From NCBI GenBank assembly GCA_037446635.1, contig JBBIIG010000005.1:64880-128879 (forward strand): 64,000 bases of DNA, written 5' to 3'. The DNA comes from a bacterium (GTDB lineage Bacteria > Zhuqueibacterota > Zhuqueibacteria > Oceanimicrobiales > Oceanimicrobiaceae). Below are positions 50,911-60,376 of the stretch, in pieces (position 1 is the stretch's first letter; each line of letters starts with the position of its first letter). Made by a program: the position numbers and the translations under genes. The notes below the pieces were generated by a model. The model did not search any database. It had not been told where the DNA came from and saw only the letters and a program-made list of their open reading frames with translations.

Positions 50911-50939
50911 AATATAACGCGGCATCCCTTAAATGTCAA
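50911..50939 (-). promoter_or_regulatory. Sigma70-type promoter of the peptide operon
   Basis: Minus strand TTGACA-N17-TATATT; predicted transcription start about 50905. Confidence 0.75.
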
Positions 50940-51179
50940 GTCCGACGTATAAAGTTGCGATTTTTTAAGACAATCTTCTTTTTAGCCGCAGAGCCGCCAC
51001 TCGATCTGAATTTTCTTTTTCCTTAAAGAAAAGGGCCGGTTTTTTCTCCCCCATAATCTTTTAAAGGCACCTTGTGGTTTTTCGAGTTGGAATTTTTCGG
51101 ACAACTGCTAAGCAAAATAAAAAACTTTTCGCGATTTGTCAACAACTTTTTCGTTTTTCTGAATCAGCAAATAATTTTA

Positions 51180-51207
51180 TTGACATTCTTGCAAAAAAAT
51201 GTATATT
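51180..51207 (+). promoter_or_regulatory. Putative promoter of tRNA-Phe
   Basis: TTGACA-N16-TATATT with an AT-rich upstream region. Confidence 0.6.
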
Positions 51208-51263
51208 TGCATGTCGATTTTTCTAAAGAAAGGGAGACAGATATACAAGTAATAGTCTGAGCC

Positions 51264-51339
<76 letters not shown>

Positions 51340-51352
51340 CAATGGCGTTATT

Positions 51353-51386
51353 AGAAAGCACCGGATTCGGTGCTTTCTTTATTTTT
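51353..51386 (+). terminator. tRNA terminator
   Basis: AGAAAGCACCG-GATT-CGGTGCTTTCT followed by a T-rich tract. Confidence 0.85.
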
Positions 51387-51525
51387 AGATTCACCCCTCA
51401 CGCAAAATAAGTTTTTCAAAATAAATTAAACCTTTTGCGCATTTGGATTGTCTAATAGATAAGTATTTCCAAGCGTCGCTAACTTTTGAATCCGGCCTTT
51501 CACCGTATCGTAATTGTTTTTGGTA

Positions 51526-51723
51526 ATGAACAACATGATATCTCAGTCGCGTGATGAGTTTTTAGAAGAAAAGATTCCCGTCGCTGCCTATAGCTCATCG
51601 CAGGCGCTCAAAGATGAGATTTTAAAAATCATCCACAGCCGTGCCGCCGGCAACTGGGATTTCGTGCGGTTGAATAGCGAGGGCCCTTTCCTGTTTCTCG
51701 TCTTCAAGAATCGGCAGAATTAA
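51526..51723 (+). CDS. Small hypothetical protein
   Basis: Short ORF with globular-looking composition (WDFVRL...FLFLVFK); start uncertain. Confidence 0.45.
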   Translation: MNNMISQSRDEFLEEKIPVAAYSSSQALKDEILKIIHSRAAGNWDFVRLNSEGPFLFLVFKNRQN

Positions 51724-51734
51724 AATTTTCACCG

Positions 51735-52073
51735 CTATTCCACTTCGCCGATAATCATAAACGCGATCTCATTGATCGCCGACCCGCCTGAAGACGTCCA
51801 CTTCAGAACCAGCGTGTTGTTGTTAGCAAAATGGTCATCGATATGAAACAAGTCCTGCTCACTACCGCCGAAGAAGGTGTTTTTGTCGGAAATCGTGAAT
51901 TTGCGCAGTGATAAAATTTTCGTTGGAAAGCCTTTGTAGTTGACGGGTCCGCCGAGGGTTTTGGCTTCGCTGACTTCAGCGTCGCCTGTAACCCCAAATG
52001 GATTGAAGCTGATGGTGGCCACGCCATCAGCTAATTTGGGAATCAAAACTCCACTCAGAATTCTTAAGTTCAT
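51735..52073 (-). CDS. Hypothetical protein (112 aa)
   Basis: Strong RBS CAGGAGG before ATG; no recognised motif. Confidence 0.7.
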   Translation of the reverse strand: MNLRILSGVLIPKLADGVATISFNPFGVTGDAEVSEAKTLGGPVNYKGFPTKILSLRKFTISDKNTFFGGSEQDLFHIDDHFANNNTLVLKWTSSGGSAINEIAFMIIGEVE

Positions 52074-52241
52074 CGCATTAACCTCCTGTTAACGGTAAAT
52101 TCAAACTGTAATTATATACCAGCAGGAGTTTTTAAATGCAAAGTTTCCTGTAATTTGTTATGATAAAGTTTTTGCTTGTGCTACTGTGGTGAATTTTTTA
52201 TAATCAGTCCAAATACGAACACAAAAATATTCGGGGGGAAA

Positions 52242-53852
52242 ATGACGCCATTCAAAATTATCGTTGACGCCGCCGATGTCCTGGGGCCACTGCCGGCCAT
52301 CTGGCGATCATTCGGCTACGACGAAATCAATTGGACGTACACGCCGCGCGGCAAGCGTATTTTTCGCGAGATCGCGGGGTTGTCACCGGCGCCCTATTAC
52401 ATCCGCTGCCACAACCCGTTGACCAGCGGCAACGGACTTTCCACGCCCACCAAAGGCTCGTGCGACGTTTGTAGAATCAACGCCGACGGCAAAATCGAAT
52501 ACAATTTCACTCTGCTGGATCAGGTCATCGAGACCTTTTTGGAAAACAACTGCAAGCCCATTATCGAGTTGGGGTTCATGCCGGACGCCTTGTCCAAAGG
52601 CCCGCGACCCAAACCGACGTATGATTACCGCGGCAACGATTTGTGGAAATATCCGCCGCGAGATTATCGCCAGTGGCAGCAGTTGGTTTTTGAAACCGTG
52701 AAACACTACCTCGAAAAATACGGCGCGGAAGAAGTGGGGGAGTGGTACTGGGAAGTCTGGAACGAGCCTGATACTCCCGGCTTTTTCGCAGGCTCGCTCA
52801 AAGATTATTTGAAGCTTTACGATTTTGCCGCGGCTGGCGCGGCGCAAGCGTTCGCCAATATCAAAATTGGCGGAGCGGCGCTGGCGCACCAAAACAAGTT
52901 TCTCAATAAATTTTTAAAGCACTGCCTCGAAGGAAAAAATTTTGCGACTGGCGCACGCGGCAGCCGGCTGGATTTTATTTCGCTGCACGCCAAAGGCACG
53001 GGCTGGCCGCTGCCGGGGCAGCCCTTTGCGATGCCATCGTTGAAAAAGATCATGGCGCAACTTGAAGGCTATTGCGACGTGATACAAAAATATCCCGCGC
53101 TTCGCCAAATCGAAATTTTGCTCGACGAATGCGACATGGCGGTGGGAACCAATTTCGGCGTGTACGACTTCCCGGAGTACGAATTTCACAACAGCGAATA
53201 TTATCCGGCCTTCGTCATTAGAATGGCCAAACGCTTGTTCGATTTCATCCGGGACAACGATTGGCGCGTTCGCCTGTTCACCACCTGGGCGTTTTATTTT
53301 GAAGGCAAACGATTCTTTGAAGGCAATCGCGCGCTGTTCGATAATGAAAATATCAAGCGGCCGATCTTCAACGCGTTTCAAATGTTCGAAATGTTGGGGG
53401 AAACGCGCTTGAATTTGCAAACACTGCCAGCAAAGGGAGAGGCTTCAGCGCAATCTGATTTCCCGCAAATCGACGGCATCGCCAGCCGCGATGCGGCCGG
53501 CAACCTCGCGATTTGCATCTGGAATTTTGCGGAGAATCCGCCGCAAACGGCGCCACGACTTATTGAATTGGAAATTAACTGGAACGGCCCACATCTGTTT
53601 TCAAAGGAGAACGTCGTGATCGAGCGCTTTCAAATTGACGGTGAGCACAGCAACTCGTACTCGGCGTGGAAGAAGGTGGGCGCGCCTCAGGATCCGACGC
53701 CGGAGCAGCTCGAGCAAATTAAAACGATCGCCGGCCTGCAACTGGTGGAGTCGTCCGCTGATGCTTTTGTTTCAAAGGGAAAGATTCGTTACAAATTCGA
53801 GCTGCCGATGCCGGGGGTTAGCCTGATAAAAATCCGGCGCAAAAAAAAGTGA
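52242..53852 (+). CDS. Glycoside hydrolase family 39 (beta-xylosidase-like)
   Basis: FGYDE, ELGFMP, WEVWNEPD (acid/base), RLDFISLHAKG and TWAFYFE; no signal peptide; ATG after a G-rich RBS. Confidence 0.88.
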   Translation: MTPFKIIVDAADVLGPLPAIWRSFGYDEINWTYTPRGKRIFREIAGLSPAPYYIRCHNPLTSGNGLSTPTKGSCDVCRINADGKIEYNFTLLDQVIETFLENNCKPIIELGFMPDALSKGPRPKPTYDYRGNDLWKYPPRDYRQWQQLVFETVKHYLEKYGAEEVGEWYWEVWNEPDTPGFFAGSLKDYLKLYDFAAAGAAQAFANIKIGGAALAHQNKFLNKFLKHCLEGKNFATGARGSRLDFISLHAKGTGWPLPGQPFAMPSLKKIMAQLEGYCDVIQKYPALRQIEILLDECDMAVGTNFGVYDFPEYEFHNSEYYPAFVIRMAKRLFDFIRDNDWRVRLFTTWAFYFEGKRFFEGNRALFDNENIKRPIFNAFQMFEMLGETRLNLQTLPAKGEASAQSDFPQIDGIASRDAAGNLAICIWNFAENPPQTAPRLIELEINWNGPHLFSKENVVIERFQIDGEHSNSYSAWKKVGAPQDPTPEQLEQIKTIAGLQLVESSADAFVSKGKIRYKFELPMPGVSLIKIRRKKK

Positions 53853-54016
53853 TCTCTTAGCCCGAATTATTCACCACGAAACACACGAGGTTTTAAAGTT
53901 TTTCGAGTTCGATTTGGAATCCCGTTACAATAACTGATTTTGCCGTATCGGTGTTTTCCAGCCGTTGGAGCAATTTAATTTGCCGCCCTCGTTCACCGTT
54001 TTCCATTCATCTTTCC

Positions 54017-55393
54017 CTACGAGCTCTTCTCTTTTTTCTTTAATAGGTCTTTGCGGGTTACGTGCAGTTTATCAAAACTGTTTTGCGAGATCACATAATA
54101 CCAGCGCGCAAATCGCCTGTTGAGATCGTCGTTGAGTTTTTGACCGTTATCGACTTTCTGTTTCCACTCATCATATTTTCTTTGCAATTCTTTGTTCTGT
54201 TTGTCGGCGTCGGTCAGCAGGCTGTCGGGTTTGTTTTGGAAATCGGTGTTCTTGGGTTTCGGCGGTTCGGGACCAAATTCTTTGGGGTCGAATTCGGTGG
54301 TGATGAACAAGTAGCGGTTTTCTCCGGAGCCTTCCTCATCCGATTCGCTAGTGTCGATGCCGGCGGTCACCGCCAGGCCGCTGCCATAAACAATTTCACC
54401 AAAACGCAAAGTATAAGTCACGCCGTCTTTGGTGCGCACTTGCATTTCGCCTTCGTTGGAGACGAGCTGGCCGTCGCGCGTGAAGTAATAGCCTTTGCTT
54501 TGCAGGGAAAGCACATCGGATTGCGAAATGGCGACGCCGTCGCTGACTCTTTCTAAACTTTGCGACAACCCTTGCGGTTTGGGGCGCACGCCGACGATGG
54601 AGAGCTCGTCGATGGCGCGCAGCAGGTCGTTCATTTTGGTGGTATTGACCTCCTGATCCGCCGGCTGCTTGTTGGCGTTCCAGGTGTCGTCTTTTTTGTC
54701 GAGGACCAGCACGTCGCGCTGATCGATCATCCCGGTGCGTTCGTTGATGGAATAGTCTCGCAGCGTCACCTGCTTGATGTTGTCTTTATTCACTTGCAGC
54801 AGATCGGCTTCGATCCAGTCGCTGAATTTGGTGGAGATATCGATATCGATGCGCGAGGCGTAAACCCGCTTCTGGCCGGGGATTCTCACAAAGCGAAATT
54901 TGTCGCGGCCTTCCACTTCCTTGCCGATGATTAAGTCGGCAAGGATTTTGTCGTTTTCTCCTTTGATGGTTACGCGTTGCCCGCGCCCTTTGAGGGCGAC
55001 GGCGGTTTCATCCAGCGGGTCGATGACTTTGCAGGCCTCGTGATCGGCGATGTTGTCGGAGCGGAAATCATCTTTTTTAATTCCAATCACGCCGGCCGCG
55101 GTTTTAGCGAGCCGGTCTTTGCCGTCGGCAGGATAATCGTGGTGCGAGGGGATCGTCCACACGCCATTTTTAAACGTCACTTTAAAAGGGATCGCCGTTC
55201 CGGTTTCCTCGTCATAGTTGATGACTTCCAATGTGGTGGCGGCGTTGGGATCGGTGAATTCCGGGAAAAACTCCTGTCCTCTATCAAAGAACTCATCGGG
55301 CGCGCTGCTGCCCGGCAAATTAAACAAAAACGCCAGCAGGGCCAGCCCGAGGGCCACCCCGCCGTAGGTTAACGTTTTTTTGGTTTCACTCAT
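54017..55393 (-). CDS. DUF4340 domain protein (Gld-type ABC transporter accessory)
   Basis: N-terminal TM helix, W.IPSHHDYPAD, LIIGK, FVR..GQKRVY; follows the GldF/G fusion gene. Confidence 0.8.
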   Translation of the reverse strand: MSETKKTLTYGGVALGLALLAFLFNLPGSSAPDEFFDRGQEFFPEFTDPNAATTLEVINYDEETGTAIPFKVTFKNGVWTIPSHHDYPADGKDRLAKTAAGVIGIKKDDFRSDNIADHEACKVIDPLDETAVALKGRGQRVTIKGENDKILADLIIGKEVEGRDKFRFVRIPGQKRVYASRIDIDISTKFSDWIEADLLQVNKDNIKQVTLRDYSINERTGMIDQRDVLVLDKKDDTWNANKQPADQEVNTTKMNDLLRAIDELSIVGVRPKPQGLSQSLERVSDGVAISQSDVLSLQSKGYYFTRDGQLVSNEGEMQVRTKDGVTYTLRFGEIVYGSGLAVTAGIDTSESDEEGSGENRYLFITTEFDPKEFGPEPPKPKNTDFQNKPDSLLTDADKQNKELQRKYDEWKQKVDNGQKLNDDLNRRFARWYYVISQNSFDKLHVTRKDLLKKKEKSS

Positions 55394-55439
55394 AATTCAC
55401 TCCTTCATTCTGTGAAAGATTTTACTCATTTTTGAGCAA

Positions 55440-55487
55440 GTAACTCAAAGCTCCGCTTTGAGAAAGCAAACCAGAGGTTTGCTTTAC
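55440..55487. repeat. REP-like hairpin doublet
   Basis: GTAACTCAAAGC-TCC-GCTTTGAG next to AAAGCAAAC-CAGAG-GTTTGCTTTAC, with GTAA/TTAC ends. Confidence 0.5.
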
Positions 55488-55494
55488 GTCCAAT

Positions 55495-58188
55495 TTAGCT
55501 GCGCAACCGGTGCGCCGCCGCGGCGCCTTCTTTTTCCCGTTTTTGACGGCGGAGAAAAATCAGCACGCCCATCACAAAAACTGGAATCGGCGGCCCGATG
55601 ACCGCAAAGGTTTTGATGTTGCTTTGAATGTTGCGGATTTGCCGCTCCATTTTTTCTTTGCTGGCCTCAATTTTGGCTTCCTTCTGCGCCTCAATGTTGG
55701 CTTTGAGGGTCTCGAACTTGCGGTTTTCCACCTCTTGCAGATTTCTCGCCATGATTTGTTTGGTCTGTTCATCGAGGTCGGTGCGCTGGCGCACCTCGGC
55801 AACTTTTTCGTTCAAGCGCTGCTGTGCTTCGGAAAGCGCCCGGGAGGCTTCGCGCTCGGCCTCCTGTTCTTCTTTGGCGCGCTGTTCTTTGTATTCGCTG
55901 ATCTGCTTTTCGAGGGTTGTGAGGGTGCGGTGTTTAATCCGCTTTTTTCTCAACGCGACAAACGATTCATCGCCGACCAAGACATCCATACAGTTCAGAA
56001 AGAAGCTGACGTTATCGAAGTTGAGGTTGGCGATGGCGCGTTTGCGCAGCTCGAAAAATTCTTCGGAAATGAAGTCAAGATCCGAAATGAAAATGACGTT
56101 GAGGCTGTCGGCGCCATTCGTGGAATCATTGGCGGCCAGTTGCCCTTTGATGTGAGCCGCAATGGTGAGATCTTGGTTGCCAGGCCGGCGGCCAAATCCC
56201 GGCGGCACCAGTTGAATGCCGAAAAAGCTGCGCTGCACCAATTGATTGTAAAACACCGTCCCGGAGGCGAGACTGGTTTTCACCAGCGGCGTGAATTCAA
56301 GATTAGGGCTGGGAGATTTGCGAACGCTTCCCGGAAACAGGAACACCAATTCCTGCAAACCAGCGCTGCTGGCGTGCTGAGGATTGAAGCTTTCGGGATT
56401 TTGGTTGCCGTTTCCCACGAAGACGATTTCCGGCTGCAATTGCGCCAAATCCGGGTGCGGGTTGTAGGTGTCCCATGAAATCTGCGCTTTGTTCCAGGTT
56501 AAACCGATGTCGTTGAGGAAGCCCTGGATGTCGCCTTTGGGTTTCGGCGGCGGCCCCTGGTTTCGCATAAACGGGTTCATCGCCGCGCCGCTCTCTTCCG
56601 ACGGCGACAGCGCGACATTGATAATGGTCAGCGGGTCGTCAAGGATTAATGTGGGATGGCCTTGCTTGATGTACGCCAGCAAGTTGTCCAACTCTGGTTG
56701 CGGCAGCGCCGACGGCAGTGCCGCCAAAAGCGCATCGTAGGTTCCGGTGATGGGGTTGCTGGCCGATACCGGCTCAACCTCGTACTGTTTTCTCAACTCC
56801 TCTACCACCGGCCAGGGAGGATTGGTGCGCATGTTCTGGAAGTCAAAGCCGCCGAAGAGCTTGGCTTCTGTATTCAAAACGCCAATTTTTTTGCGGCTGG
56901 TTTTGGCGACCACCCGGATGCTGCGCGTCAACTCATATTCCACCGGTAAGCCGCGATCGAAAAACGGGATGACCTGTTCCTCGGCGCCGCAGGTGAAGGC
57001 CACGCCTAAAAACACTGGCGTGGTGCTGGCGCGCGGCGCGTCGGTGCTGGGAATGTCCTGCGGCGTGATGCCGAATTTTTCCCGGGCGTCGCGCGCTTCC
57101 TGAGTATAGGGCTCGGTGTCATGAATCAGCACTTCCACGCGGTTGCCGCCGGCGGCGTCGATTTCCCTGAGCGTGCTCAGCAAGTTGGCGCGCGTCTGCA
57201 CGTAGTGCTGCGGCACGTCTTTGCTGATAAACGCTTGAATAAAAACCTGGCGGTCTTTTGGAAGCTCATCCAAAAGTTTATGAGTCTCGCCGGTCAGCGA
57301 ATGCAATCCCTCGGCGGTAACATCCAAACGCACATTGGCGTGGCTCAGAATGGCGTTGAAGCTGATTAGTCCAATGACAATCGCTGCCGAGCGCGCCGCG
57401 TGATGCACCCACATTTTATAGCCATCAGCCTCGGCCGGCCAGTGGCGTTTTCCAATCAGCAAAACATTCAAATAAATCATCACCGCGGCAATTGAGATGA
57501 AATAGATCAAAGCGGTAAAGGAGATCACACCGCGGGCAAAATCCTCGAAGTAGCCGCTTACACTTAGCGGCTCAAACAGCTTGCGTAGCCACAGGCCAAA
57601 GATGCCGGCTACGGTATCGATGTAAACAAAGAAGGCGCAGAACAGCGCGCCCAGAATAAAAGCGATGGTGACGTTGGCAGTGAGCAGCGAAGCTAACATA
57701 CCAACCGCGATGAGCGCTGCGCCGATAAACCAGTAACCCAGGTAGTTGCCAAACATCAAACCCAGATCCGGGCTTCCCAAAAAAATCAACACCAGCACGT
57801 GGCTCAATGACAAAATCAATGAAGCTGTGTAAATGCCGAGGGCGGCAAGATATTTTCCCAGCGCTACTTCCAGATCGGTGGCCGGCAGGGTGAGCAGCAG
57901 CTCGTCGGTGCCCTGCTTGCGTTCTTCCGCCCAAATGCCCATCGTCAGCGCCGGAATAAAAAACAACAGCAGCAGCGGGAAAAGATTATTAAGCTGGTCG
58001 AGGTTGGCTAGGTTGTTTAGGAAGAAGCGTTCCTGCCAGAAGGCAGCCATGGCGCTGAGGAAGATGAACAGGGTGATGAAAACGTAGCCGGTGGGATTGG
58101 AAAAATAAATTCGTAAATCTCGTTTTATAATTGCAAGCACCGTTTTGTAGTTGATAGCCATTTTGAAGTTTTTGAAATCGATCTTCAT
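55495..58188 (-). CDS. GldF-GldG-like fused ABC transporter permease/auxiliary protein
   Basis: [46 protein letters not shown] and EYELTRSI; C-terminal coiled coil plus TM helix. Confidence 0.88.
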   Translation of the reverse strand: MKIDFKNFKMAINYKTVLAIIKRDLRIYFSNPTGYVFITLFIFLSAMAAFWQERFFLNNLANLDQLNNLFPLLLLFFIPALTMGIWAEERKQGTDELLLTLPATDLEVALGKYLAALGIYTASLILSLSHVLVLIFLGSPDLGLMFGNYLGYWFIGAALIAVGMLASLLTANVTIAFILGALFCAFFVYIDTVAGIFGLWLRKLFEPLSVSGYFEDFARGVISFTALIYFISIAAVMIYLNVLLIGKRHWPAEADGYKMWVHHAARSAAIVIGLISFNAILSHANVRLDVTAEGLHSLTGETHKLLDELPKDRQVFIQAFISKDVPQHYVQTRANLLSTLREIDAAGGNRVEVLIHDTEPYTQEARDAREKFGITPQDIPSTDAPRASTTPVFLGVAFTCGAEEQVIPFFDRGLPVEYELTRSIRVVAKTSRKKIGVLNTEAKLFGGFDFQNMRTNPPWPVVEELRKQYEVEPVSASNPITGTYDALLAALPSALPQPELDNLLAYIKQGHPTLILDDPLTIINVALSPSEESGAAMNPFMRNQGPPPKPKGDIQGFLNDIGLTWNKAQISWDTYNPHPDLAQLQPEIVFVGNGNQNPESFNPQHASSAGLQELVFLFPGSVRKSPSPNLEFTPLVKTSLASGTVFYNQLVQRSFFGIQLVPPGFGRRPGNQDLTIAAHIKGQLAANDSTNGADSLNVIFISDLDFISEEFFELRKRAIANLNFDNVSFFLNCMDVLVGDESFVALRKKRIKHRTLTTLEKQISEYKEQRAKEEQEAEREASRALSEAQQRLNEKVAEVRQRTDLDEQTKQIMARNLQEVENRKFETLKANIEAQKEAKIEASKEKMERQIRNIQSNIKTFAVIGPPIPVFVMGVLIFLRRQKREKEGAAAAHRLRS

Positions 58189-58955
58189 GCCCGCGCCTCC
58201 TTTCCAGCTTCCACTTCTTTGGGCGGTTTGCCAAAATTGGTCAAACGATAGAATTGGGTTTCCAGCGAGCCGTTCTCTTTCAAGTCTTTGGGCGCGCCGT
58301 CGAAAATCAATTTTCCATTATGAACAAACAAGACGCGATTGGCCGTCGCCTCCACTTCCTGCAAAATGTGGGTGGAGAGCAGAATGGTTTTGGTTTTGCC
58401 TAACTTTTTGATGTTTTCACGAAATTCGCGAATCTGATTGGGATCGAGGCCGGCGGTGGGTTCATCCATGATCAAAACCTCCGGATCGTGCAGCAGCGCC
58501 TGCGCCACTCCCACGCGCTGTTTGTAGCCGCGCGAAAGCTTGTCGATGGGTTTTTCCAGCACCAGTTCCAGCGCGCACTGTTCCACCACAAAATCCAAGC
58601 GTTTTTTCAGGAAGCCGGGCTCGAGTCCGCGCACTTCGCCAAAAAAGAGCAGCAGCTCCAGCGGCGTCATGTTTTGATATAGCGGGCCGTTTTCGGGGAG
58701 ATATCCCAGACGCTTAACGGCCTCCAGCCGCTGCGATTGAATATCCAGCCCGGCAATGGCTGCCGAGCCGGCGCTGGGCGCCAAAAATCCGCTGAGAATT
58801 TTCATGGTAGTGGATTTGCCGGCGCCGTTGGGGCCGAGGAAGGCGACAATCTGCCCCTCCGCAATCGAAAACGAGATGTCCTGAATGGCCACGAACGGGC
58901 CGTAATACTTGCTCAGCCCGCGGGCTTCAATCATAACTTTTTCGGTTTGACTCAT
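58185..58955 (-). CDS. ABC transporter ATP-binding protein (GldA-like)
   Basis: [32 protein letters not shown] and STHIL motifs. Confidence 0.95.
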   Translation of the reverse strand: MSQTEKVMIEARGLSKYYGPFVAIQDISFSIAEGQIVAFLGPNGAGKSTTMKILSGFLAPSAGSAAIAGLDIQSQRLEAVKRLGYLPENGPLYQNMTPLELLLFFGEVRGLEPGFLKKRLDFVVEQCALELVLEKPIDKLSRGYKQRVGVAQALLHDPEVLIMDEPTAGLDPNQIREFRENIKKLGKTKTILLSTHILQEVEATANRVLFVHNGKLIFDGAPKDLKENGSLETQFYRLTNFGKPPKEVEAGKEARA

Positions 58956-59155
58956 AACACTCCCTTTTAGATAGTTTGACTAAGTGGATAAACGCTTATT
59001 ATCAAAGAGAATGAGTGTTGAACATTAGGTATGAAAATTACGTTTGTAAAAACGCAGGAAGGGCAAAAGTGGTTCCCATCAAAATCAATTTTTTCTTCCA
59101 CAAACAACAAAATTTACTTGATGACAAAAGTTTATATTTTTCTTACATTTTAACT

Positions 59156-60325
59156 ATGAAAATTATCGCCGACGAAAACATCCCCTTCGTGCGCGAAGCC
59201 TTTTCGACGTTGGGAGACGTCACCACCCTTGCCGGGCGCGCCATGACTCCCGCCGCCATTCACGACGCCGACTGGCTGCTAGTGCGCTCTGTCACGCGCG
59301 TCGGAAAAGAATTGCTGGCGGGAAGCAAAGTCAAATTTGTAGCCACCGCCACCATTGGCTTCGATCACATTGACCTTGAATATTTGAAAAAAGCGGGAAT
59401 CGCTTTTGCCAGCGCGCCCGGCAGCAACAGCAATTCGGTGGCGGAGTATGTGCTCAGCGCGCTGGTGGCTTTGACGGCAAGAAAGAATTTTGTGCTGCCG
59501 GAGAAAACGGTGGGCATTGTGGGCTGCGGCAACGTGGGATCAAAAGTACAAGCCAAATTACAGGCGCTGGAGGTTTCGTGTCTGGTGAACGATCCGCTGC
59601 TCAAAGATCAAACGGGCGATTCCAACTTTGTTGAGTTGGAGGAGATTTTTTCTGCCGATATCATCACCCTGCACGTGCCGCTGGAACGGGGCGGCAAATA
59701 TCGCACCTTCCAAATGGTGGACGAGAAGTTTCTCGCGAAGATGAAACCGGGCGCGGTGCTCATCAATACCTCGCGCGGCGAGGTAGTGGAGGAGCGAGCG
59801 CTGTTGAAAGCGCTGCAAACCGGCCGTGTTTCAGCGGCGCTGGATGTGTGGCAAAACGAACCCAACATCGACTGGTGTTTACTCGAAAAAGTCGAATTAG
59901 CCACGCCGCATATTGCCGGCTATTCCTTCGATGGCAAGGTGCGCGGCACCGAGATGATTTACGAAGCCGCCTGCCGGTTTTTGGGCGCGACGCCAACGTG
60001 GCGGCCTGCCCGCCAGAGGCCTCAGGCAGGCGGGCTGGCGGATCATCTGCCCTCCAATCCGATTCAACGGCTGGAATTTTCCGACTCGATTTCAGATAAC
60101 GAAGTGATCCACGACAGCATCCTGCGCAGCTACGACATCCGCGCAGACGATGCCCGGCTGCGAGAAGTTTTGAAATTGCCGGAACCGCAACGGGGCGCCT
60201 ACTTCGACCGGCTCCGCAAAACCTATCCAGTGCGGCGCGAGTTTCCGTGCACGGAAGTGATCATTTCAAAGCAACGGCGGGAGCTGGCGGAGAAGCTGAG
60301 GGCGATTGGGTTTCGGGTTGGGTGA
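59156..60325 (+). CDS. pdxB: Erythronate-4-phosphate dehydrogenase
   Basis: MKIIADENIP, LLVRSVT, TATIGFDH, APGSN..SVAEY, G.GNVG, TPHIAGYS.DGK.RGT and FDRLRKTYPVRREF. Confidence 0.95.
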   Translation: MKIIADENIPFVREAFSTLGDVTTLAGRAMTPAAIHDADWLLVRSVTRVGKELLAGSKVKFVATATIGFDHIDLEYLKKAGIAFASAPGSNSNSVAEYVLSALVALTARKNFVLPEKTVGIVGCGNVGSKVQAKLQALEVSCLVNDPLLKDQTGDSNFVELEEIFSADIITLHVPLERGGKYRTFQMVDEKFLAKMKPGAVLINTSRGEVVEERALLKALQTGRVSAALDVWQNEPNIDWCLLEKVELATPHIAGYSFDGKVRGTEMIYEAACRFLGATPTWRPARQRPQAGGLADHLPSNPIQRLEFSDSISDNEVIHDSILRSYDIRADDARLREVLKLPEPQRGAYFDRLRKTYPVRREFPCTEVIISKQRRELAEKLRAIGFRVG

Positions 60326-60331
60326 GCAATT

Positions 60332-60365
60332 AAGTGCCAGGCACGTTTAAAAGTGCCTGGCACTT
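60332..60365. repeat. Palindromic repeat / possible terminator between convergent genes
   Basis: AAGTGCCAGGCAC-GTTTAAAA-GTGCCTGGCACTT, 13-bp perfect stem. Confidence 0.75.
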
Positions 60366-60376
60366 GCTTCTTTATT

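Noticed and set aside
58983..58991. DnaA-box-like AGTGGATAA
   Set aside because: Single imperfect copy with no box cluster or origin-associated genes.
59015..59155. 47-aa N-terminal extension of PdxB
   Set aside because: AT-rich divergent promoter region; family similarity begins at MKIIADENIP (59156).
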